Positions 27,959 to 37,400 of a stretch of 64,000 bases of DNA are shown here, one piece after another (position 1 is the stretch's first letter; every line of letters starts with the position of its first letter). This stretch comes from an uncultured bacterium (lineage in GTDB: Bacteria; Chlamydiota; Chlamydiia; Chlamydiales; FEN-1388). A program made the position numbers and the translations under genes. Under the pieces are notes generated by a model. That model did no database searches. It saw only the letters and a list, made by a program, of their open reading frames with translations, and was not told the DNA's origin. Where the stretch lies: positions 14,208 through 78,207 of the forward strand of contig CAZOAJ010000001.1 in the NCBI GenBank assembly GCA_964577935.1, given 5' to 3'.

Positions 27959-30900
27959 GTGAGATTGCTATCTGTAGAACTCCAAGGATTTAAATCATTT
28001 GTAGATAGGATTAAAATCCCCTTTGAAGACGGCGTCAATGCAATAGTTGGTCCAAACGGCTGCGGAAAGTCAAATATCGTCGATGCTTTTTTATGGGTAC
28101 TTGGCGAGCAATCAGCCAAAAGTTTACGTGCTGACAAAATGACGGATGTCATCTTTGCAGGAACTAAAGCTCGCAAGGCAGTCAATTTTGCTGAAGTAAC
28201 GCTTACCTTTTCAAATGAAGAGGGGAAATTTCCTCTTCCCTTCAAGGAAATTGCTGTAACACGAAGACTTTATCGATCGGCAGAGGGAACAGGAGAAAGT
28301 CTTTTTCTTATCAATAAGAAACAAGTTCGTCTGCGCGACGTCCATGAGCTTTTTCTTCATACAGGCCTTGGGAAAGAAGCCTTTGCTGTAATCGGTCAAG
28401 GCCGAGTTGAAGAAGAGATTTCTCAGTCTCCTTTTGAACGACGAAAAATGTTTGATGAGCTTGCTGGCGTTTCTCGCCCTCTTTTAAAGCGAAAAGAGAC
28501 TCTTGATCGGCTCAAAAAATCTTCAGATAATGTTGAGAAAGCAAGAATTAAATTTGATGAAGTGTATCGACAACTTGACGAGCTGAAAAAGCAGGCGGAT
28601 CAGGCAGAGGAGTACAAGAAAACGCAAGAGCGCTTGGATCTTCTGCACCGAGTTCTCCATACCAAGAAAAGCAATAAGCTCAAGAATCGCCATGATGAAT
28701 TAACCGCAAAAATCACATCTCTTGAAGCCTTGAAGATTGAAAAACAATCTCTAGAAAGCACAATTCATCGGGATGTCTCCATTTTAAAAGAGCAAGTAGA
28801 GCTTAGCTGGAAGGCATTATCGAATTCAACCCAAGAAGTCGAGCGAGTTAAAGGACAAAAGAATCTAAGCGCCCAGCTGTATGCACAGGCTGATGAACGG
28901 ATAAAAAAAGCAACCTTTCGCCGCACTCACCTGAGCCAGGATCTTGCAAAAGCAAAGAAATTCTTAGATGAGCTTACTCATTCCAAGCAAGAAACCCAGA
29001 AAAAAGTGTTTCAGCAGGATCATCTTCTCAAACAACTAAAGACTCTTTGGGAGAAATCACAAGAAGAGCAAAAAGAAATTGAGGGACAGTCAAGCCAGCT
29101 CTTTACTCACCTCAAATCAGCTCAATCATTTTTGATTCAAAAGGAACGGGAAGCTTCGCAATTAGAAGTTAGGAGAAATGGAGAGAAAAAGCGATCTACA
29201 GATATATTACAGAGAGTTGATGCTTTAAAGAAAGAATCTCAACAACTCATTATTGATCCAGAAGATGAAGTTCGAATTGAGCAGAAGAAAAAAGATCGTG
29301 CGTCATTGCTTGAGTCAATTGAATCAGCCAAAGGGGAGCTTCAAAAGCTTCATAGTGGGGCTCAACAACATGAGGATAGGCTCAAGGAAGTTCGTGCTGA
29401 TAGACTTCGCATCCAAACGATGCGTATGTCTGCTCAAACGAAACATGCAACCCTTGGGGGCTTAAGAAATGATCATGTAGGCCTTGATGCTGGGGTTAAG
29501 AAGCTTGTCCAGCTCTCTCGAGATCAAAAGTCACAGATATATCAAAAAGTTCGTCTTCTAGCCGATATCTTCAAGGAAGATAAAGAGTTCTTTGCTTCTC
29601 AATCGCTTGCGGCTTTTAGTTTTGTCTTTAGTTCTTTTTTGGTTGTAGAGCGAGTAGAGGATCTCCAGCTTCTCGTTGAATGTGCTGAGAAGAATAAGAT
29701 TCAGCATTACACATGCTTTTGCCTTGAGCTTCTTGGGATGGACCTAACTGAGTGGAAAAAATGGATTCAGTCGATTCCTGTTATCATGAAGATAGGCGCT
29801 TTGGATTCCTCTACGCCGCTTGCGCTTCTCGATAAGGGCAGATTTCTTCAAAATGGGATTCTCTTTGGAATCGGTTCCGAAGGAAAAAATTCTCTTTTGA
29901 TCGGGAAGGAGATGGAGGTTCTTCAAGAGGAAATCGATATATTGGTACGAAGTGAATCTCAGGCTGTCACTCAAGAGAATGAAATTTCTGAAGCCCTAGA
30001 ATCAGTTACTCGGCTACGTCGTTCCTTAGATCAGAAAATGCGATCTGAAGAAATGCGACTTCTGGAAGTGAATAAGCTTTTGTTTGATCTTGAGAGAGTT
30101 CTTACTCATAAGGCCGAAAGATTAGTTGTTTTAGAAAAGGAATCGAATCGTCTTCAGGATGAGCTTCATCAGAGTCAAGTATTGCTGACAGTTCTTGAAA
30201 AAGAGTTGTTTCTTGCTCAAGAACTATTTACAGCTGCAAAAAATGAATTGATGAAACAAGAGGCTCAATCGAGTCAAGCGGCACAAAAGCGGGCCTCTCA
30301 TCAAGCAATCTTAAATCAACGCGAAACAGAATATCGAACTCTTGAAAATGAGACCAGAAGCTCTGAAAAGCATTTGATCGAGGTTTCATCAAAATTACAG
30401 CGCTGCCTGGAAGAATGTGAAAGATTAGAAACTGAACTCAAACATATCGAACAAAATCTTTCCGGAGGCGATGAAAAACGTAAAGAACTTTTCATTGAGC
30501 TAGAACGAATAGAAGTGATTGTCCAGGAAGCGGAAGGTCGGCTGGATACCTTAAAAAAAGAAGCACAAGAGAAAAAACAGTCTCTTCAAACGAAGGAATC
30601 CGCTCTTGAATCTGTTCGTAAAGAGGTCGAATCATTACGAAATGCTCATAGCCAGGCATCTAAAGAAGTTGCCCTTGTTGAATCCGATCTTGCTAAGTAT
30701 CATGATTTAGCACATTCAAGTGAAGAGGAGGCATCTTTATTTGACACGCAACCAGAAAGTAGAATTCAGCAAGAAATTGTAGGACTTGAAACTTTTTCTA
30801 AGGAAGCTGGCCAGATTAACTTTAGGGCGATTGATGATTACAATGACCTTAAGAATAAGCAAGATTTTGCAATTGACGAACTCCAGGATTTAGAAAAGAG

Positions 30901-31429
30901 CCGAGATGCTCTTATTGAACTTATCCAACAGATTGAAAAAGATGCAAATCTCATGTTTGAAAAATCCTTTAGCGAGGTACGACAAGCTTTTCAGACGAAT
31001 TTTACCAAGCTCTTTGGTGGAGGTGATGCCGATTTGTTACTTGTAGCACCGCATGCTCAAGATGGGGCAGATATTGAAGTTGATCCCTTCATGCGTGGAG
31101 TAGAAATTATCGCCAAACCTCCTGGTAAGGAAATGAGAACTCTCCAGCTTCTCTCTGGTGGCGAAAAAACGATGACCGCTTTAGCGCTTCTTATGGCTTT
31201 TTTCCAGGTCAGGCCGTCGCCTTGTTGTATACTGGACGAAGTTGATGCCCCTCTCGACGAAGCCAATGTTATACGGTTTACCGATCTCTTACGTTCGTTT
31301 GCGAAGACAGCTCAGTTTATTCTTATCACTCATAATAAAAAGACGATGGCAACTTGTGAGAGGTTAATTGGGGTATCGATGGAGCAAAAAGGAGTGTCTA
31401 CCATTTTGGAGCTTCAGCTTGTTAGTTAA
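27959..31429 (+). CDS. smc: chromosome partition/condensation protein SMC
   Basis: The N-terminal head is VRLLSVELQGFKSFVDRIKIPFEDGVNAIVGPNGCGKSNIVDA (Walker A). Long coiled coils and a hinge (FLVVERVEDLQLLVE...) follow. The C-terminal head has LSGGEKTMTALALLMAF (signature) and CILDEVDAPLDEAN (Walker B). I chose GTG 27959 because SMC proteins begin at the MxLKxLxLxGFKSF block. The ORF-track ATG at 27911 adds 16 residues. Confidence 0.95.
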   Translation: MRLLSVELQGFKSFVDRIKIPFEDGVNAIVGPNGCGKSNIVDAFLWVLGEQSAKSLRADKMTDVIFAGTKARKAVNFAEVTLTFSNEEGKFPLPFKEIAVTRRLYRSAEGTGESLFLINKKQVRLRDVHELFLHTGLGKEAFAVIGQGRVEEEISQSPFERRKMFDELAGVSRPLLKRKETLDRLKKSSDNVEKARIKFDEVYRQLDELKKQADQAEEYKKTQERLDLLHRVLHTKKSNKLKNRHDELTAKITSLEALKIEKQSLESTIHRDVSILKEQVELSWKALSNSTQEVERVKGQKNLSAQLYAQADERIKKATFRRTHLSQDLAKAKKFLDELTHSKQETQKKVFQQDHLLKQLKTLWEKSQEEQKEIEGQSSQLFTHLKSAQSFLIQKEREASQLEVRRNGEKKRSTDILQRVDALKKESQQLIIDPEDEVRIEQKKKDRASLLESIESAKGELQKLHSGAQQHEDRLKEVRADRLRIQTMRMSAQTKHATLGGLRNDHVGLDAGVKKLVQLSRDQKSQIYQKVRLLADIFKEDKEFFASQSLAAFSFVFSSFLVVERVEDLQLLVECAEKNKIQHYTCFCLELLGMDLTEWKKWIQSIPVIMKIGALDSSTPLALLDKGRFLQNGILFGIGSEGKNSLLIGKEMEVLQEEIDILVRSESQAVTQENEISEALESVTRLRRSLDQKMRSEEMRLLEVNKLLFDLERVLTHKAERLVVLEKESNRLQDELHQSQVLLTVLEKELFLAQELFTAAKNELMKQEAQSSQAAQKRASHQAILNQRETEYRTLENETRSSEKHLIEVSSKLQRCLEECERLETELKHIEQNLSGGDEKRKELFIELERIEVIVQEAEGRLDTLKKEAQEKKQSLQTKESALESVRKEVESLRNAHSQASKEVALVESDLAKYHDLAHSSEEEASLFDTQPESRIQQEIVGLETFSKEAGQINFRAIDDYNDLKNKQDFAIDELQDLEKSRDALIELIQQIEKDANLMFEKSFSEVRQAFQTNFTKLFGGGDADLLLVAPHAQDGADIEVDPFMRGVEIIAKPPGKEMRTLQLLSGGEKTMTALALLMAFFQVRPSPCCILDEVDAPLDEANVIRFTDLLRSFAKTAQFILITHNKKTMATCERLIGVSMEQKGVSTILELQLVS

Positions 31430-31474
31430 TAGCTAAAAGTTTTACGTTGATCGAATTAAAAAATATTTTGATCA

Positions 31475-34400
31475 ATGGAAGTTCGAACGGTTTGCATTAA
31501 AGACACCTGGTATGAGCTGACTTTGGAAAAGCCTTCAAAGGATATCGAAGGTGTTTTTAACGAGGCTGTAGAATCCCTAAAGAAAAACCAAAATGCAACT
31601 CCTTCGGGAATTCTGGTACGGAAAATTAGTCCTGCAGAGTATCTCAAAAAGGCAGGAAGTGCTTCGCATGGTGTTATAGCTTTTTTTCAAAAAAAATTCA
31701 CATCTCTTATTCAAACCATCTCTACGCTTTTAGGCATTAAGAATATTGATGAGGAAAGACGCCTTGAGATGATTCTCTCCATGCAGCTCTTCAAAAATAG
31801 TGATGAAGAGCTCATTAAGGAGATTATTGGCAGCCAAGATCCTAAAGCTTCATTTTCAGATACAATTCGGGTGTGGAAGAAGTGTATAGACGAAAGCATT
31901 CCATACCTGGAACCAAGTCTCAAAAAAAACTTAGAGGTCCTTTCTCAGCAATTCAAAGGCTTATACGACCTTAAAAGAGAAATCGAAAAATTACAGCAAG
32001 TCGCTTCTTTGCGAAGCTTGCAGCCTCAACAAGAAAAGCTCAAGAATCGAATTGTAGGTCAGATTGAGTCTTTAAAAATGGGGACTTCGATGCTTATCCC
32101 GGGAGGGATATGGACTCCAGATACCAAAACCTCAAACGAAATGATCTACAAATGTACAAAAAATGAAGATGGCTCTATCACCGTTCAGGTTGTTGATGTC
32201 ACAGCCCTCTTGAAGGGCAATGATGATCATATTGCTTCAAAATCTAATAAACCGCAGATTTCTGCTGCCTACGAGAAAGCAGTTTCAAAAGAAGATATCG
32301 AAAACTTCGTCAAAAAGACGATTCTGCTCCAAACGGGGATTTCAATAATTCCGGCGATAGGTACTGGAGGAAAGTGGACTCTCTTCAAATCTGCAGTCTA
32401 TTTCGTTGCAAGTCATATTCAAGATGGAATCTTTGGCAAGATAGAGAATCAACAATTGAGGGAAGGAAGAGAATCTGTCTTTAAAGAAATTTTTACTGAG
32501 GCAGTCACGAGTCAAAATGTGCCATCAACTGCTTTAAAACAGGCTGTGCAAGTCGATCCAGCACGATTATTAAAGGTGTTTGCAAAAGTTCATTTACATC
32601 GGGAAGAATCCTCTCAAGAGGGTCACTATGCCCTGCATAAATTTCTGATGCGAGCATCTCTCTATCTAAAGATATATGCGAATGCATCTCAAAAGGAAAT
32701 TGAAAGCCCTCAATTGAGATCATGGCTTAAAGTATCGGCTCGAAAGCTTATTCAATATGCCAAGGATCATCCTGAGACGGAAGAGTCTAAACAGCTTTTA
32801 GTTCAAATAGAACAAATCGTAAAAAGAGTTGAAGATGAAGATCTTCGAGATCGCTTTCCGGTTCCCTCTTCCCCTTTTAGCTTATTTGGGTCAAAAAGAT
32901 CTTTTAAGGCGGCTGAAGGATTGAATGTGCCGGGTGCTCATATTTCAGGCAAAAAAGCTGTAGCTGCAACTTCAATTACCGTCGACACAAATCTCCGAAA
33001 AAGAATTAAGCAATCGATTACAACGCCTGATATAGACAATCTTGAAAGGGCTTTGAAAGAGGTCGATAGTCAAATTCAACAAGGAAATTTCCAGACGGGA
33101 CACCTCTACCTCAGAGATTTTTTTCTGAGCCTTGAAAGTCAGGTGGATTCTAATAATTGGATGTGTCCGAAGGCTGAATTTGTGCGCTGGCAGGTAGCTG
33201 TGCAACAGGCCGCTCTTTTGAATCAGCAAGTCTCTTACGGCCTTAAAAGAGTTGTTCCCACGGCTCAAGATCTTCGATCGACCCTCTTTGCCCTGCGTTT
33301 TCAAGATATGGCTATTCGTGTCCATAAGCCTAATGATCCATACTCAAAGTCCTATGTCTTTGATACCTCACTCTTTGAAAAGCAGCTGATGAGGCCCTAT
33401 TTTTCATTTGGCGATTCCTATCATCAGATATTGAAGAGCATTGAGTACTTTAAGGCTCTCCAGGAAAACAAGGCTTCGATCCCTGCTGTTATTAGTTCAA
33501 GGAATCAGAAATTGTCAGAGCTTTGGAATTCGTATCCCTGTACAAGCGCAGACCTGGATCCGGCTCGTGATATAGGCCAAAAAGATGAGAAGATATCCAC
33601 ACTACCTCCTTATATCCTTTCTTTAAGAAGATCATATCTTGGGGCACAAGTGTTTGTTTCGCCAACGCGAGCGTCCGTTGTGAAGGACCTGAATATACAG
33701 ATGAAATTGCTTTCTGAAACTTTTACTGATGCTCTTCAAAGTACGGGGGACATCTCAGATTTTGGGGGTAAACTTGTACGATTACCCCTTATGCGAAAGC
33801 TTTTTGAGTTTATTCCAAAGCGTCTTCTTGAAAAAAATGGCCCTATTAAATTCACCTATGAGGGAAAATCAGATGTATCTGCTTCCAGCTTAGCTGGAGT
33901 TATTGCAGGTGGGTCTATTTCGTTAGATGAAAAATTTATCCTTGAGCCTTTTGGTCTTGCCATAAGCGATCCTGATGATCCAGAAAGATTTATGCAGATG
34001 AGTAAATTTACAGATCCTCATCCCGATTTACAGAAGGCTAATGGAGTTGCCGTCCCAAAGGAAATCCATAATCGACTCTTCAACCGTGCCGTTGCCGAAA
34101 GGCCGATGAATGTTTTGAATAACGTTCATGCAAATGGCTCTGCAATCGAGGAGAGTACAAAAGCTCGAAGACCTGGTTCGAGAGATATTGCATGTCCATT
34201 CAAAGAAGATGGTTTTAATGGGAAGACGGAACTTGAAATTATTAACGAGCGCAATCAATTACATGGACTTCCTTCGGATCTTTCTCAAGCAATTGAGCTT
34301 TGTATGACTGGGCCAAACTCTAAAGTTCAAAATATACTCAGCTATTTTTCAAAAAATATAACGCTTTTAGAAGATCAAAAAGTTGGCCCCTCTCTTGCGC

Positions 34401-37400
34401 GTTTAGTTGAAAATACTCTTTGTCAGCAAGGTCTCAGTGCAGAAGAAGTGGAATTGGTTACTATATTTCTTTCAGAGCAGCTTCAAGCGGCTCTAGGAAG
34501 AAACTCTTATTCTCTTGCCGCACGCATTGCGAGTATGACTCGATCTTTTTCGATTCGGCATAAGCTTGTTGATATGCAAAATAGCTTGATATCCAATTTA
34601 GTTAAAGCCTTTGCTGAGAGTGACCATCAGAATCATGATCGTATTGAGCTTATCCGCGAAATGCTGCTTACCTGTGCCTATTTTGGCAAAACTCCACTCG
34701 AATATTTCAAGGTTGAGGAGATATTCACCTATGCAACTCAGATTCAGAAACATGAGATCAACGACCCTGTAAAAAACAGTGAAATTTCGGAGTGGCTTTT
34801 GACGCATCTCGAAAAGATGCTTCCAAAGGATGAGGCTACATTAAATTCTTTGTGCAACAGTGTAGCTGGAGATTCACTGAGCGGATGGAAAATAACACCA
34901 GAAGGGGTCGCAACGAATGGTCCTTATGTGATCGATTTCAGCAGGTTTGAAGTTTGGAGAAATGGCTTGCGGGTTGAGGTGCTTCCCAAAAGCATTGAGG
35001 AAAGTCCTGAATACAAGCAAATAAAGACTATTCTTGCAGGAGCAGGCGTAACTACTTCTTTATCTGATATTCAATGGCGCGTTCAAAATATCCAATACAC
35101 GAAAGAAAAAGATGTCGTTGTTACAGCAAAACAATTTGATGTTGCGATTGAGGATGTCTCAAAAACAAAAATCGATATACGGGTAGTTACGGCATCGGAT
35201 GGCAGCATTCAGTTATTTCGGCGAAAGCAAACAAATTGGGTATTTCCGAATTCCTGGTACCAATTTATGTCTAAATTTCCTGGAAATACGACAGAAAGCC
35301 TCGCGAGTAAAGTCCCAGGAGGATCTGAAAACATTCAAGGATCAAAAGAGTTTGATGTTATTCCCAGGATCGGGCTTGGCAGAGATGTTTGGATTCGAGA
35401 GGATGGCAGAAGGCTTATCGCTGAAAAAAATGGAAAAACGATTTATCGATGCACCACTGCGAAAGAACCATTTGAAATACAAGCAGCCCTGCATATCCCC
35501 TCTGGAAAAAGAATTTTGAATGTATGGGACCAAAAGGGATTTAATCGATTTTTGGATATTGAAGATAGAGGACATGTTTTCGCCTACGGGTCCCGATGGG
35601 GTGCTGAAAAAATTGAATATGGACGAGGAGATCCCTCTTTTTCATATGCGTGGAATTCGTCAAAGGCAAAGTGGTGTTCAGAACAGCACAAGGGATATTA
35701 TCTCTCTGATAAAACAGTAAATAGAGAACTTTCAGATGTAGAGCATCCGGATCTAAGCCAGAATGTAAAAACATTAGAAGCGAGAAAGCATCTTCGAAAG
35801 ATTTTTCAACCGGCATTTAGTGCCTATCATCTTCTTGAGCATGAGTCGGGCGCGAAAGCTCCTCTCTTGATCATGCCAGGGATAACCTATGAGCCGGGTG
35901 GCGATTCTTCAAAAGGAGGGGTAGAATATCGGTTTTCTCCCCGTTTTTCCCGGGATACAAAGGAGAAAGTTTCGTTCTATAGCTATCAAATTGACCCTGT
36001 AAAGGGGCTTATAGCTGATAAGCAGCCGGATGGGTATTTCTCTTTAGCGTATGTATTAGCACTGCAGGGTAATTATGAAGATGCCTTTTTCTATTTAGGA
36101 AAGGCCGATATCAATCGACCTCTCTCTCTTCAGATGAAAGTATTTGTGAATAATTTGGAGAAGCTTCTTGTAGATGAATCAAATCCACAGGTTCTTGCTC
36201 TCAAGGCTCGTCTAAAGCTTATCGATTTTACCTCAAGGCTTCAAGAAGAGGATTATGATCTTTCTCGAGTCGATATAGAAAAAGAGTCGAGAGAGTTTTC
36301 CAAAATTTTGTCAGCGCTGCCAAAAGATGCTCAATCAAAAGTGTCTCTGCGTGATGATGAGATGAGGCGCCTAGAATATTTTGCAGGTCTATCAGGCAAT
36401 TCGGATATTTTAGACAAGCTTCGAAAGCAAGTTAATGAGCTCGAAAAAACACTTCCTCCATTAGATTCATCAGGTCAAGCATCAAGCAGAGAGTTGGAAG
36501 TTTTTCAAGGTGAAGTTCATGGAGTTATTCAGGTAGAAGGACTTGATCCCTATGCCAAAGAATTGGCTTCTGGACTCAATAAAGATTATGCTGATCGAGC
36601 AATCGTGCTTGAAAATCATTCCAAAGACTTAAAAGGGCAGCCTGATCTTAAAAAACTCCAGGAGAAAACAAAGACCGCAAGAGATGTCTGTATTAACATT
36701 CTTAAGAAGGCGCATGTCGGGTCAAAAAAATCATCTTTTGATGAGCTTTTAGAAAGACTTGTGCTTGTTCAAGGGGATTCACTGAGTGCCTTATTTGATG
36801 CAAGTTTGCGGAGTTTTGGGGAGAGAGATTTAGATAAGCTCAAGCCTGTACTTAAAGATGATTACAAAGGCTATGAGAATGCTTTACGGGAATATTTAAT
36901 TCAGAAAACAGAGCTGCAAAAACAGACAGCGCTTGTTCAAAAATATCAGGAGCTTAAGAAGTTAGGCGCAAGTTCTGAAGAGGGTAAGCAGATTCAGATA
37001 GAAATTCGAGGATTTGAATCATCTCAGCGAGCGTATGACCCAAATACACATAAGGATGCACCTACCTTGCTTCTTATCGAGCATGAGCTCGGATTCTTGT
37101 GCAGAAAAAGTCAGATTGAAGTCATTGAGCAAAACCTTGCTAAAGATAACCTCTTTAAGCAGGAGATTTGCGGGGGAGGAAAAACCACCGTTTTACGAAA
37201 TATCATCTCCCATGTTCGAGCTGACGGGAAACATCTTTCAGGCGTATCAACTTTGAGCCCTTTGCGTGCAGAGCATGGACTGCTTTATGCAAGAGTAACA
37301 AAAAATGCCTTTGGACAGCGGGTGTTTGACTTCTCCTTTGATAGATCTTCTCCAACCGACGAAATTTCTCTTCTTCAACTCTATCAACAACTTGTAGAAA

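Noticed and set aside
27856-28245. 129-aa minus-strand ORF overlapping the 5' end of smc
   Set aside because: It lies antisense to the most conserved part of SMC (the Walker A head). Its translation is low-complexity with no recognisable motif or Shine-Dalgarno. This is a typical shadow ORF.
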